A stretch of DNA of 64,000 nucleotides from Candidatus Eiseniibacteriota bacterium (GTDB taxonomy: Bacteria; Eisenbacteria; RBG-16-71-46; JABDJR01): assembly GCA_963768615.1 (NCBI GenBank), contig CAVYIE010000007.1, positions 653,181-717,180 of the forward strand, in the 5' to 3' direction. The notes below the pieces were generated by a model, which saw only the letters and a program-made list of their open reading frames with translations, searched no databases and was not told the origin of the DNA. The stretch's first letter is position 1. Each line of letters starts with the position of its first letter. Position numbers and translations under genes: made by a program. Below, one piece after another: positions 1-9,869 of this stretch.

Positions 1-1202
1 ACCGCGGTGGGATCCAGCGCCCCCAGGGCCCGGCGCATTCCGGCCAGGCCCTCGCGCCGTGCCCTCACCGCCACCGCGGCCGCCCGGACCAGCCGCATCC
101 TATCGGCGGCGACCACCGCCCGCGCCCCCGCCGTCCGGGCCCGGGGATCGAAGGGGGCCAAGCGCCGGGCCAGGGACTCCACCGCCCGCCGCCTCCCGGC
201 GGTCCGCTCCCCCGCCCCCCGGCGCAGGCGTGAGGCCAGATCGTCCACCCGCTGCTCTTCCCGGTGGAGGAAGAGTTCCGGCCGGCGGAACCCGTAGGCC
301 CCGGTCAGCCGTTCCAGACGCGTCCGCCGCCGGTCGAGATCGCCCCGAACCCGGCGCTCCAGGCGCTCGGCCAGGTGCCGGATCCCCGCCGCCACCTCCC
401 GCCGGTCCGGGGCCACGATCTCCGCCGCCGCCGACGGGGTGGCCGCGCGCACGTCGGCGGCGAGGTCGGCGATGGTCACGTCGATCTCGTGTCCCACCGC
501 GGAGACGACGGGGGTACGGCAGGCAGCCAGGGCCCGGGCCACCCGCTCCTCGTTGAAGGCCCACAGGTCCTCCAGCGACCCGCCTCCCCGGCCCACGATG
601 AGGACGTCGGCCCCGCCCCAGCGGTCCAGCCGCTCGACGGCCCGGGCGATCTCCTCCGCCGCCCCCTCCCCCTGCACCCGCGCCGGGGCCAGCACCACCG
701 CCGCCGCCGGCCAGCGGCGGGAGAGCACGTGGAGCAGGTCGCGCACCGCGGCCCCGGTGGGCGAGGTGACCACCCCGATGGTCCAGGGGTAGGCGGGCAA
801 CGGCCGCTTCCGCTCCGGGTCGAACAGCCCCTCCGCGGCCAGGCGCCGCTTCAGGGCCTCGAAGGCCTGCATGAGCGCGCCCACGCCGGAAGGTGCCATG
901 CGGCGCACGATGAGCTGGAGATCGCCCCGGGGCTCGTAGAGGGAGATCTCCCCCTCCGCCTCCACCTCCACCCCGTCCGCGGGAAGGAACCGAAGGCCGG
1001 CGGCCGCGCCCCGGAACATGACCGTGCGGAGCTGGGCCGAGCCGTCCTTGAGGGCGAAGTAGAGATGCCCGGAGGCGGGGCGGCGGAAGCCGCTGATCTC
1101 GCCCCGCACCCGCACCCGCCCGTAGGCGGCCTCCAGGGTGCGCTTGACCGCGCCGGTGATCTCGGAAACGGTGAACAGGGGAAGCTCGCCGGTCAGCGCC
1201 AT
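1..1202 (-). CDS. xseA: Exodeoxyribonuclease VII large subunit (5' part; continues beyond window start)
   Basis: Manual reverse-strand translation starts MALTGELPLFTVSEITGAVKRTLE...IWAFNEERVARALAACRTPVVSAVGHEIDVTIAD, typical XseA OB-fold plus catalytic core. ATG at 1202-1200. Not in the ORF track because it runs off the window edge. Confidence 0.85.
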   Translation of the reverse strand, partial: MALTGELPLFTVSEITGAVKRTLEAAYGRVRVRGEISGFRRPASGHLYFALKDGSAQLRTVMFRGAAAGLRFLPADGVEVEAEGEISLYEPRGDLQLIVRRMAPSGVGALMQAFEALKRRLAAEGLFDPERKRPLPAYPWTIGVVTSPTGAAVRDLLHVLSRRWPAAAVVLAPARVQGEGAAEEIARAVERLDRWGGADVLIVGRGGGSLEDLWAFNEERVARALAACRTPVVSAVGHEIDVTIADLAADVRAATPSAAAEIVAPDRREVAAGIRHLAERLERRVRGDLDRRRTRLERLTGAYGFRRPELFLHREEQRVDDLASRLRRGAGERTAGRRRAVESLARRLAPFDPRARTAGARAVVAADRMRLVRAAAVAVRARREGLAGMRRALGALDPTA

Positions 1203-1233
1203 CGGACCCGCATCCCGCCGGGACCGGCGCCGC

Positions 1234-2034
1234 TCACGCCCCCGGGCCTTCCCGGTCCAGCCGCTTGACGATCCGGCGCACCGAGCGCGCGTGCCCGGTC
1301 TCCTCGTCCAGTTCGATGAGGAGCGCGTAGAGGCGGATGTCGTTCTGGGCGGGCTGGAAACGATGATAGAGGCCGGTCTTGAAGTTCCCCAGCACCGCCT
1401 CCTTCTGCATGCCGATCACCGAGTCGTAGGGACCGGTCATGCCCAGGTCGGTGAGGTAGGCGGTCCCTCCGGGCAGGATCTCCTCGTCCCCGGTGGGAAC
1501 GTGGGTGTGGGTCCCCACCACCACCGAGGCGCGGCCGGCCAGGTGCCACCCCATGGCCCGCTTCTCCGAGGTCGCCTCGGCGTGCATGTCCACCACCAGG
1601 TACCGCGCTCCCCGCTCCCGGGCCCGGGCCACCAGGTCGTCCGCGGCCCGGAAGGGGTCGTCGAGGGCGCGCATGAACACCCGGCCCAGGAGGCAGCCCG
1701 CAACCAGCAGCCCTCCCGGGACCTCGGCCTCGACCCAGGTGCGGCCGGGGGCCCCGGGGGGATAGTTGGCGGGACGGCAGAGGCGGCTCTCGGACTCGAT
1801 GTAGGCGTGACCCTCGCGCTTGTCGTAGAGGTGGTTCCCTCCGGTGATGAGATCCACCCCGGCCTTGAACAGCTCCTCGGCGGTGTCCTTGGTGAGCCCC
1901 GCCCCGCCGGCCAGGTTCTCACCGTTGGCCAGCACCACCGAGATTCCCAGTTCCTCCCGCAGGCCGGGAAGGAAGGTCTCCACCGCCCGGCGGCCGGGAC
2001 GGCCCACCACGTCGCCGATGAAAAGTAGATTCAT
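1234..2034 (-). CDS. YmdB-family metallophosphoesterase (2',3'-cyclic-nucleotide phosphodiesterase-like, TIGR00282)
   Basis: 266-aa ORF MNLLFIGDVVGRPGRR...ANGENLAGGAGLT...GGNHLYDKRE. Conserved GDxxG / GNH metallophosphatase motifs match the YmdB family. Confidence 0.85.
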   Translation of the reverse strand: MNLLFIGDVVGRPGRRAVETFLPGLREELGISVVLANGENLAGGAGLTKDTAEELFKAGVDLITGGNHLYDKREGHAYIESESRLCRPANYPPGAPGRTWVEAEVPGGLLVAGCLLGRVFMRALDDPFRAADDLVARARERGARYLVVDMHAEATSEKRAMGWHLAGRASVVVGTHTHVPTGDEEILPGGTAYLTDLGMTGPYDSVIGMQKEAVLGNFKTGLYHRFQPAQNDIRLYALLIELDEETGHARSVRRIVKRLDREGPGA

Positions 2035-2061
2035 GAGGTTCGGCCGGTGCCCTCCACGAGC

Positions 2062-2262
2062 GTGTTCGCGCTAAAGAAAATTCCCCGCCGGGTGCCGTGT
2101 GATTCGGGTTTTTGAACCTAAACCATCCAAGGGGGCGCCCTATTCCGGAGTTCGCGTCTTCCGCGCGTGGCGGACGTCACTCCGTCCGGCTTTCCGGCTC
2201 CCGAAGTCTAGGTGTTGGCTCAAAAATACCTGGAATCATCACGGACAGGGCAGGGAATCTTC
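2062..2262 (-). ncRNA. ssrS: Candidate 6S RNA (ssrS-like) immediately downstream of zapA
   Basis: A 285-nt non-coding gap lies 3' of zapA; zapA-ssrS is the conserved context for 6S RNA. Transcript segments around 2236-2262 and 2068-2098 can form a roughly 27-bp imperfect closing helix (gaagauucccugcccuguccgugaugauu pairs with gaaucacacggcacccggcggggaauuuuc), enclosing about 140 nt as in 6S RNA. GC content is lower than the flanks. No covariance model was run. Confidence 0.35.
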
Positions 2263-2318
2263 AAACCCTTCTGTTCGTGCTGTCGGGGGCCGCGCCCGTG
2301 CGCGACCGCCCCTTGATG

Positions 2319-2612
2319 TTAGCGACCGCCGAGCGCCTCGTCCAGAAGTTCCTCCAGACGTTCCAGCCGGGTGCGCAGCTGCAGGCGTTCGTCCCGGCGC
2401 TGCTCGCGTTCGTCGAGCAGCTCGCCGGCGATGGAGAGCGAGGTCAGCACCGACACCTTGGCCGGCGGCAACGCCGCCCGCGGATCCAGCTCCCGCATCT
2501 TCCCGTCCACGTACGCCGCGATGCGCACCATCGTGTCCGGGTTCAGGTCGGTGCGGAGCTGGTAGGACGCTCCGCGGATCTGCACCGTGGTCTCGTTCAC
2601 CGGTTTGGCCAT
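2319..2612 (-). CDS. zapA: Cell division protein ZapA
   Basis: 97 aa starting MAKPVNETTVQIRGASYQLRTDLNPDTMVRIAAYVDGKMRELD... with a C-terminal coiled coil, as in ZapA. The long ORF 2319..2759 begins at an upstream GTG; the internal ATG at about 2612 fits ZapA length. Confidence 0.75.
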   Translation of the reverse strand: MAKPVNETTVQIRGASYQLRTDLNPDTMVRIAAYVDGKMRELDPRAALPPAKVSVLTSLSIAGELLDEREQRRDERLQLRTRLERLEELLDEALGGR

Positions 2613-2673
2613 GTTCGATCCTCGCCCGAAGCGGTGCGCGCCCGTCCCGGTCCGTCCGGTGGGCGTGCCTCCG

Positions 2674-2997
2674 CTACTCGCGCTCCATGGACTCCAGGCG
2701 TTCCAGGATGGCCTGGACGCGCTGGGCGGTGGCGGCCCGCGAGCGGAGCAGGTCGTCACGTTCCTTCTCCAGCCGCGTCACCTGGTCCCGTTCCGCCCCC
2801 GCCTCGGCCAGCCCCGCCTCCAGCTCGCCCACCCGCGCCTCGCGCTCGGCCAGCTGCTCCCGGAGACGATCCCGCTCGACCCGCAGGTCCCGGATGAGGG
2901 CCGCCGCCTCCTCCACCCGCCGCTCCAGCTGCTCCAGCGCGGCCAGCTCCTCCCCCGCCGCCTCCACCACGTCCGTCTCCGTCGTGCTCGTGCTCAT
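2674..2997 (-). CDS. Small coiled-coil protein, ZapB-like (cell-division associated)
   Basis: 107 aa that is almost entirely heptad-repeat coiled coil (LEQLERRVEEAAALIRDLRVERDRLREQLAERE...). Lies directly upstream of zapA. Confidence 0.4.
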   Translation of the reverse strand: MSTSTTETDVVEAAGEELAALEQLERRVEEAAALIRDLRVERDRLREQLAEREARVGELEAGLAEAGAERDQVTRLEKERDDLLRSRAATAQRVQAILERLESMERE

Positions 2998-3027
2998 GCT
3001 CTTCCCTTCTTCGCCGCGGGCGCCCTC

Positions 3028-5433
3028 TCAGCTCTCGCGACGCGTGATGCCGTGCCCTGCCAGCGCGCCGACGATGCCCTCCATCGCGGCGTCCACCTCC
3101 CCCTCCTCCAACGTGCGGTCGGAGGCGCGGAAGGTCAAACTGAAGCCGAGCCCCACGTGCCCGGCGGGAATGTGCTTGCCCCGGTAGTGGTCGAACAGCT
3201 CCAGCCCGGCGAGATGGGCGCCGGCCGCCGCCCGGACGATCTCCCGCACCGCGTCCTGGCTCGTTCCCTCGGGAACGACCAGGGCCAGGTCCCGGCGCAC
3301 CGCCGGGTACCGGGACGGCTCGCGGTAGACCACGGGGGTTCCGGTGTCGGGAGGCAGGGCGTCGAGGCGGATCTGGGCCAGGAACACCGGCCGGTTGAGA
3401 TCCCACCGCGCGGCGGCGGCTTCGTCCACCGTCCAGGCGAAACCGAGGCTCCGGTCGCCCGCGGCCGCTTCGATCACGCCCGCCGGAACCGGATCGGGGC
3501 CAGTATAGGAGCGCCATCGGGGAGCGTCAATTTTGAACGCGGCCAGCAGCGCTTCCACGCAGCCCTTGAACTCGGTGAAGCTGAAGCTCCGCTGGGCGCG
3601 CTCCAGGGAAGGGGCGAACTCGCCGCCCGCCGCGGCCAGGCCCACCCACTCCGTCTCCTCGGGCAGCTCGCCCGGACCGCGACGGCGGAAGGTCTTCCCC
3701 AGCTCGTAGAACCTGGCCTCGGGAACCCCGTGGCGCAGGTTGTGCCCCACCGCGTCCAGGAGGGAGGGGAGGAGGCTGATGCGGAGCCCTTCCTCCTCGC
3801 GGGTGGGCGGGTCCAGGAGGAGCAGGGTGTCCGTCTCCGCGCGGGCCGGGTCCGCCCCCACCCGCACCGCGGCCTCCCGCGACACCAGGACCTTGGTCAC
3901 CGCCTCGTGGAACCCGATCCCCCTGAGGATCTCCCCCACCCGGCGCCGGCGGCGTTCCGCGGGCTGGAGAGGCGCGTCGACGGCGCTGGCGTTCAGGTGG
4001 CGGATCCCGATCGCGTCGTACCCGCGGTGCCGGGCCACCTCCTCCACCAGATCGCATTCCTCGAACACGTCGCGCCGCCAGCTGGGCACGGCCACCGGCC
4101 AGGGGACCGCGCTCCGGTCCACCGGGAAGCCGAAGGCGGCCAGCCGTTCGGCGATCTCCTCCTCGGGCACCGGATCGCCCAGGGTTTCCCCCACCTTGGC
4201 CGGGCGCAGGGACACCGTGCGCGGCTGGAGGAGCTCGGGAGCGAGGGCCTCGGCCATGCCCGGCGCCACCTCCCCGCCCGCGGTCCCGGCCAGGAGCGCG
4301 GCCGCCCGCCGGGCGGCGTCGTCCACTCCGGCGGGATCGATGCCCCGGCGGAAGCGGATGGCGGCGTCGGTGTCCAGGCGCAGGAAGCGGGAGCCCCGGA
4401 GGATGCGCTCCGGCTTGAAGAAGGCGGCCTCGAGCAGGATGTTGGTGGTGCCCTCGTGGACCTCGGTGTTGGCCCCCCCCATCACTCCCCCCGCGGCGAT
4501 GGGCCGCTCCCCGTCGGTGATGAGGAGCACCGAGTCGTCCAGGGCGCGGTCCACGTCGTCCAGGGTGGTGAGACGCTCCCCGGCCCGGGCCCGCCGGACC
4601 AGGATGCGGCCGGTGCCCAGGCGGTCGAGATCGAAGGCGTGCAGGGGCTGGCCCAGCTCCTGCATCACGTAGTTGGTCACGTCCACCACGTTGTTGATGC
4701 TGCGCTGGCCCACCGCCTCCAGGCGCCGGACCAGCCACTCCGGGGAGGGGCCCACGGTCACACCCCGGATCACGTGGGCGGTGAAGCGGGGACAGTCCTC
4801 CGGGTCCTCCACCGCGACCCGGAACTGCTCCGTCGCGGGCGGGCCGGAGCGGGGCGCCTCGGCGGCGGGACGGCGGCAGGCGGCCCCGGTGAGGGCGGCG
4901 ATCTCCCGCGCCAGCCCCAGGTGGCTCAGGCAGTCCCCCCGGTTGGAGGGCACGTCGATGTCCAGGATCACGTCGCGCTCACCCAGCACGCGGTTGAGGG
5001 GCGTGCCGGGCGCCGCGGGCGCGAGTTCCATGATCCCGGAGGCGTCCTCCCCCAGGCCGAGCTCCACCTCGGAGCAGAGCATCCCGTTCGAGACCTCGCC
5101 CCGGATCCTGGCCCGCTTCAGGGTGAGGCCGTTGGGGAGGGTGGCCCCCACCGGGGCCAGGGGGCTGTAGAGCCCTTCCCGGGCGTTGGGGGCGCCGCAC
5201 ACCACCTCCACCGGGCTCCCCTCCCCCACCTCCACCCGGCACAGGCGCAGGCGGTCGGCGTTGGGATGGGGGCGCACTTCCACCACCTTCCCCACCACCA
5301 CCGTGTCGGGAATCACCACCGGCCGCTCCACCCGGTCCACGGGGAGTCCGGCCAGGGTCAGGCGATGGGCCAGGGCCTCGGGCTCCTCGGCCACCTCCAC
5401 GAAATCTCGGATCCAGTTCAGGCTGAAGCGCAC
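3028..5433 (-). CDS. pheT: Phenylalanine--tRNA ligase beta subunit
   Basis: ORF 3028..5532; the conserved N-terminus begins [14 protein letters not shown] at a GTG near 5433. The sequence contains B3/B4, tRNA-binding and B5 domains typical of PheT (...[24 protein letters not shown]...). Confidence 0.9.
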   Translation of the reverse strand: MRFSLNWIRDFVEVAEEPEALAHRLTLAGLPVDRVERPVVIPDTVVVGKVVEVRPHPNADRLRLCRVEVGEGSPVEVVCGAPNAREGLYSPLAPVGATLPNGLTLKRARIRGEVSNGMLCSEVELGLGEDASGIMELAPAAPGTPLNRVLGERDVILDIDVPSNRGDCLSHLGLAREIAALTGAACRRPAAEAPRSGPPATEQFRVAVEDPEDCPRFTAHVIRGVTVGPSPEWLVRRLEAVGQRSINNVVDVTNYVMQELGQPLHAFDLDRLGTGRILVRRARAGERLTTLDDVDRALDDSVLLITDGERPIAAGGVMGGANTEVHEGTTNILLEAAFFKPERILRGSRFLRLDTDAAIRFRRGIDPAGVDDAARRAAALLAGTAGGEVAPGMAEALAPELLQPRTVSLRPAKVGETLGDPVPEEEIAERLAAFGFPVDRSAVPWPVAVPSWRRDVFEECDLVEEVARHRGYDAIGIRHLNASAVDAPLQPAERRRRRVGEILRGIGFHEAVTKVLVSREAAVRVGADPARAETDTLLLLDPPTREEEGLRISLLPSLLDAVGHNLRHGVPEARFYELGKTFRRRGPGELPEETEWVGLAAAGGEFAPSLERAQRSFSFTEFKGCVEALLAAFKIDAPRWRSYTGPDPVPAGVIEAAAGDRSLGFAWTVDEAAAARWDLNRPVFLAQIRLDALPPDTGTPVVYREPSRYPAVRRDLALVVPEGTSQDAVREIVRAAAGAHLAGLELFDHYRGKHIPAGHVGLGFSLTFRASDRTLEEGEVDAAMEGIVGALAGHGITRRES

Positions 5434-5678
5434 GTCGTCTCTCCGGGAACGGCCCCCGCGCCGCGGTCGCCGCCCGGCACCTTGCGGCTCTCCGTGCGGA
5501 CGGGGGCGAATGGGAAGCGGCAATCCTACCACGGTCCGAGGGGGGCGGGAGGGGGTCCGGGGCCGCTTCCCGGGAGGCGTTCGAGACGCTAGACTCGCGG
5601 TTCCATGTCATGCGTCGCCGATCATCGCCGTCCCCCGTTCCCTGCTCCCGCCGGCCGCTCCCAGGAGGCGGCACGGCG

Positions 5679-6803
5679 GTGAAGGTGTGCCTGATCAGCC
5701 TGAGCGGCCTCCCCCTGCAGCTCGAGAACCCGCGCACGACCGCCGGTGGTTCCGAGCGCCAGGTCACCCTTCTCGCCCAGGCCCTGGCCGGGCGGGGCCA
5801 CGAGGTGATCCTGGTCGTCACCGACTACGACCGGGCCGCGCGCCGGGAACCGCGCGCCACCCCGTTCCCCCTGGAGAACGCCTACCGGGTCCGGGCCGGC
5901 ATCCCCGGCCTGCGCTTCCTCCATCCCCGCTGGGCCGGCCTCGATCGCGCCCTGGGGCGGGCGGATGCGGAGGTGATCTTCCAGCGGGGGGCCGGGGCGG
6001 TGACCGGCCAGGCGGCCTGGTTCGCCCGGCGGCGGGGACTCCCCTTCGTGTTCGGCCTGGCCAGCGACACCGACGCCGATCCGGACCGGGTGCGCCTGGG
6101 GTTCCGCGATCGCCGGCTCTACCGCTACGGGCTCCGCCGGGCCCGCCGGGTGGTGGCTCAGCACCGGCACCAGGCCGAGGCCCTTCGCGCCGGCTACGGG
6201 GTGGAGTCCACGGTGATCGGCAGCATCGCCCCCCACCTTCCCGAGCGGGTGGAGGAGCCGGCCTCCCCCCCGGTGGTGGCCTGGCTGGGCAACTTCCGCG
6301 CCCTCAAGCGTCCGGAGCTGTTCCTGGCCATGGCCCACCGCTTCCCCGACGTCCGCTTCCAAATGATGGGGGGGCCGGTGCGGAGCGAGCCCGGTTGCCT
6401 CGACACCGTGCGTTCCGAGGCCGCCTCGCTCCCCAACGTGGAGTTCCTCGGCCCCACGCCCGATCCCGGACCCCGGCTGGCCCGGGCCTGGGTGCTGCTC
6501 AACACCTCGGAGCTGGAAGGATACCCGTCCAGCTTCGTGGAGGCTTGGGGCCACGGCGTTCCCACCGTCTCCTTCGTGGATCCGGGCGGGGTGATCGCCG
6601 CCCGCGGGCTGGGCCTGGTGGCGTCGGAACCGGGGGACCTGGGCCGGGTACTGGAGAGCGTGCTGGGTGCGCGGACGCTCCGCGACGAGCTGGGAACGCG
6701 CGCCCGCGCCTACGCCCGGAGCGAGCACGCCCCGGACGCGGTGGCCGCCCGCTACGAGACCCTCTTCGCCGAGGCCGCGGACGCGGCCCGGAGGCGTTCA
6801 TGA
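5679..6803 (+). CDS. Glycosyltransferase family 4 (GT-B, GT1 superfamily)
   Basis: ORF 5610..6803; the likely start is a GTG (VKVCLISLSG...) preceded by GGAGG. Features of retaining GT4 enzymes are present: an N-terminal Gly-rich sugar-acceptor domain and the C-terminal motif ...NTSELEGYPSSFVEAWGHGVPTV... (E-x7-E). Confidence 0.8.
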   Translation: MKVCLISLSGLPLQLENPRTTAGGSERQVTLLAQALAGRGHEVILVVTDYDRAARREPRATPFPLENAYRVRAGIPGLRFLHPRWAGLDRALGRADAEVIFQRGAGAVTGQAAWFARRRGLPFVFGLASDTDADPDRVRLGFRDRRLYRYGLRRARRVVAQHRHQAEALRAGYGVESTVIGSIAPHLPERVEEPASPPVVAWLGNFRALKRPELFLAMAHRFPDVRFQMMGGPVRSEPGCLDTVRSEAASLPNVEFLGPTPDPGPRLARAWVLLNTSELEGYPSSFVEAWGHGVPTVSFVDPGGVIAARGLGLVASEPGDLGRVLESVLGARTLRDELGTRARAYARSEHAPDAVAARYETLFAEAADAARRRS

Positions 6804-8857
6804 ACCCGATCGATCCCGTGACCGCAGGCGGGGACCCGGGCACGGAACGGCCGGGGCTGTTCCTCTCCCCCATCCTGCTCCTGGTGGTGGTGGCCTACGG
6901 CCTGGCCGCCCTCGGCTGGGGAGGCACCCTGTTCCTGGCGGCGGCGGGCTCGGCGGCCGCGCTGCTCCTGCCCGGGAACGCCCTTCTCCTCGCCTTCTCC
7001 TATCCCCGGACCCGGGCCCGGGACCTGGTCCTGGGAGCCGCGCTATCCCCGGTGGTCCTGGGAGCCACGGTAGCCGCCGCCCTTCTCACCGGTTCCCCGG
7101 TCCTGGTCTGGGTGCGGGGCCTGCTTCTCGGCTGCGGTCTGGGCATGCTGGTGCTGCGAGTGGCGGGAGACGGGACCGCGGCCGGGGACGACGAGGAGAT
7201 TCCCGCCGCGGCCTGGCTGGTGGGGCTGCTGGCCCTGGCCGCGGTGGCCCTCATCCTCCTGCCCGAACCCTGGCGGAGGAGCAACTCCGACGCCTGGTTC
7301 CACACCGCGGTGGTGTTCGAGATGGCCCGGGCCGGGGTGCCCCCCCAGGATCCCTACTTCGCCGGACTCACCCTCCAGTACTTCTGGTTCTATCACGCGG
7401 TGGTCCTGGGGCTGGGGGCCGCGGCCGGCCTCTCCCCTCCCGACGCCATGACCCTGCTCAACCTGGCCGCGGCGCTCCTGACCCCTCCCGCGGCGAGCCG
7501 GGTGGCCCGGGCCCTCGGCTTCTCCCCCGCCGCCGGCACCTGGGCCGGGGTGCTCGTTCTCCTCGGGATGGGAGGCCTCTCCTGGCTCTTCTTCCCCCTC
7601 AAGCTGGTCGGGGTCCTGATCGGCGACGTGCGCGGCTACCAGGCCCTCCACGACATCATCTCCCTGGGAGCGACGAACCCGTCCAACACATCCCGGCTGG
7701 TCCAGTTCCTGAGCAGCTCCAGCTTCATGATGCGGAAGTACGTGATCGGCACCGCGGTCCCCTGGTCGTTGCTCCTGGTGCTCGTCGCCGCCGACGCCGC
7801 GTTGCGCTTCGTCCGCGACCTGCGTCCGGCCGACGCCGCCCTCCTCGTCGCCGCCGGGGCGGGAGCCTTCCTCTTCCACGTGGTCCTGGGCGGCGCCCTC
7901 ATCGCCGGCCTGGCCGCGGGGGCGGGCATCCTCTTCCTGGCCGGGCGGGGCATGCGGGGCCGCGCCCTGGGAGTGGCGGTCCTGGCCGCGGCCGCCCTCG
8001 CCCTCTGCCTGCCCTACCTGCTGACCCTGGTCGGCGGCCGGGGGGGCGCTTCCGCGCTTCCCTTCGGGCTCAGCCTGCGGCTGTGGGTCTCCATCCCCTT
8101 CACCCTGGCCGGGGTGGCGCTCCTCTCCGTTCCCGCCTGGCGCCGGCTGGCCCGGGCCGGAACCCCGGCCGCCCGGCTCTACATGGCCTGGTTCGCGGCC
8201 GTCACCCTCTACGCCCTCATCGCCCGGCTTCCCGGGGCCAACCAGTACGACAAGCCCCCCATCCTCATCTACCTCCCCCTGTCCCTCGCCGCGGGCATGG
8301 CCGTCCCCGGGATCTGGCGCGCCCTGGCCGGACGCCCCCGGACCCGGGTGGCCTTCGCGCTGCTCCTGGTGCTGTTCCTGCTCCCCGAGAACGCCTTCCG
8401 GTGGTGGGGGTTCTACGGGGAAGCGGCACCCCCCGCGCTCACCGCCGCCGAGCACGACCTGTACTCCTGGGTGAGGGACGACACGCCCCGCGACGCGGTG
8501 TTCGTGGACTCGGCCGACCGCATGGAGGTGGTGGTGCGCGGACCCCGCCGCCAGTACTGGGGCATCCCCGCCTACGCCGAGCAGTGGGGCTACGATCCGG
8601 CGGAAATGGCCCTCCGGCAGGCGGTGCGGGATTCGGTCTACGCCTCGGGGCGGATCGGTCCCGCGGGAAAGGCGGACCTGGCCTCGCTCCACGCCCCGGT
8701 CTACGTGATCGTGAGGGACGAGGACACCCCGGGGGCGGCCGACCGACTCCTGGCCCTCCCCCGGCGCTACCGCCCCCTCTTCCACGAGGACGGGATCCGG
8801 GTGTTCCGGATCGTGCTCCCGGACACCACGGTGAAGCAGCCGGCTAGAACTGGGTGA
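6800..8857 (+). CDS. Polytopic membrane protein, putative GT-C-type glycosyltransferase (paralog of 18594..21152)
   Basis: The ATG at 6800 overlaps the GT4 stop (ATGA). The protein is 685 aa with more than 11 predicted TM helices. A periplasmic-loop motif SDAWFHTAVVFEMARAGVPPQDPYFAG resembles GT-C catalytic loop motifs (ArnT REMLASG, STT3 DPYF). A C-terminal soluble domain follows. The upstream part of ORF 5186..8857 is an antisense artefact. Confidence 0.6.
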   Translation: MNPIDPVTAGGDPGTERPGLFLSPILLLVVVAYGLAALGWGGTLFLAAAGSAAALLLPGNALLLAFSYPRTRARDLVLGAALSPVVLGATVAAALLTGSPVLVWVRGLLLGCGLGMLVLRVAGDGTAAGDDEEIPAAAWLVGLLALAAVALILLPEPWRRSNSDAWFHTAVVFEMARAGVPPQDPYFAGLTLQYFWFYHAVVLGLGAAAGLSPPDAMTLLNLAAALLTPPAASRVARALGFSPAAGTWAGVLVLLGMGGLSWLFFPLKLVGVLIGDVRGYQALHDIISLGATNPSNTSRLVQFLSSSSFMMRKYVIGTAVPWSLLLVLVAADAALRFVRDLRPADAALLVAAGAGAFLFHVVLGGALIAGLAAGAGILFLAGRGMRGRALGVAVLAAAALALCLPYLLTLVGGRGGASALPFGLSLRLWVSIPFTLAGVALLSVPAWRRLARAGTPAARLYMAWFAAVTLYALIARLPGANQYDKPPILIYLPLSLAAGMAVPGIWRALAGRPRTRVAFALLLVLFLLPENAFRWWGFYGEAAPPALTAAEHDLYSWVRDDTPRDAVFVDSADRMEVVVRGPRRQYWGIPAYAEQWGYDPAEMALRQAVRDSVYASGRIGPAGKADLASLHAPVYVIVRDEDTPGAADRLLALPRRYRPLFHEDGIRVFRIVLPDTTVKQPARTG

Positions 8858-9866
8858 GGAACCGGAGGTCGTTCTCCAGGAAGAGGCGGATGTCCGGAAC
8901 GCCGTGGCGGAGAATCGCGATGCGCTCGACCCCCATTCCCGCCGCGTAGCCCGAGACCTCCTCGGGGTCGTAGCCCGCGTTCCGGAGCACCTGGGGATGC
9001 ACCATGCCCGCGCCCAGGATCTCGATCCAGCCCGTCTGCTTGCACAGCCGGCAGCCCGAGCCCAGGCACTGGAAACAGGTGATGTCCACCTCCGCCCCCG
9101 GTTCCACGAAGGGGAAGTAGGAGGGGCGGAAGCGCACGTCGAGGCTCCGTCCGAACATCTCCCGGGCGAAGGTGGTGAGGGTCCCCCGGAGGTCCTTCAT
9201 GGTCACCCCCCGGTCCACGTAGAGCACCTCCACCTGGTGGAACTCCGAGGAATGGGTGGCGTCCTGGGTCTCGTTCCGGTAGACGCGGCCGGGGAACACC
9301 TTCCGCACCGGCGGAGGCTGGCTCTCCATCACCCGAATCTGCACCGGGGAGGTGTGGGTGCGCAGCACCACCGACTCGGAGATGAAGAAGGTGTCCTGCA
9401 TGTCCCGGGCGGGGTGGCCGGGAGGCATGTTGAGGGCCTGGAAGTTGTGGTAGTCGTCCTCGACGTCCGGCCCCCGGGCCACGGAGAAACCCATACCCCG
9501 GAAGATGTCGAGGATCCGCTCCTCGGTCTGGGTGAGGAGGTGGGCCACTCCCAGGGGGGGCCGGATTCCGGGCAGGGTGGGATCCTCGGCCGGACCCGTC
9601 CGGCCCGCTCCGAGGGCCCGCTCCCGCTCGGCGTAGGCCGACTCCAGGGTCTGCCTGGCCTGGTTGGCCGCCTGCCCCACCGCCCCCCGCTCCTCCGCGG
9701 GCACGTCCTTGAGCCCCCGGAGCACCCCGGTCAGGGGCGACTTCCGAGCCAGGTGCCGGACCCGGGCCGCCTCCAGGGCACCCGGATCCGGGGCCCCGGT
9801 GATCTCGGCCAGGGCCTCCTCCCGGATGCGGTGGATCTGGTTGAGGAGCTCGGCGGCGGCGGGCAC
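8844..9866 (-). CDS. pheS: Phenylalanine--tRNA ligase alpha subunit
   Basis: 340 aa with class II aaRS motifs (...FPGRVYRNETQDATHSSEFHQVEVLYVD...GWIEILGAGMVHPQVL...). Confidence 0.95.
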   Translation of the reverse strand: MPAAAELLNQIHRIREEALAEITGAPDPGALEAARVRHLARKSPLTGVLRGLKDVPAEERGAVGQAANQARQTLESAYAERERALGAGRTGPAEDPTLPGIRPPLGVAHLLTQTEERILDIFRGMGFSVARGPDVEDDYHNFQALNMPPGHPARDMQDTFFISESVVLRTHTSPVQIRVMESQPPPVRKVFPGRVYRNETQDATHSSEFHQVEVLYVDRGVTMKDLRGTLTTFAREMFGRSLDVRFRPSYFPFVEPGAEVDITCFQCLGSGCRLCKQTGWIEILGAGMVHPQVLRNAGYDPEEVSGYAAGMGVERIAILRHGVPDIRLFLENDLRFLTQF

Positions 9867-9869
9867 GGC

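Noticed and set aside
2587-5592. 1001-aa plus-strand ORF and many other long ORFs (for example 5186..6799, 7043..8785, 11630..13303, 18659..21115, 21232..23703, 17180..19108, 43840..45858, 59xxx..62xxx plus) with Pro/Gly/Arg/Ala-rich translations
   Set aside because: These are antisense or frame-shifted shadows of real genes in a 72% GC genome. Composition is low-complexity, there are no recognisable domains, and they overlap well-supported genes on the other strand.
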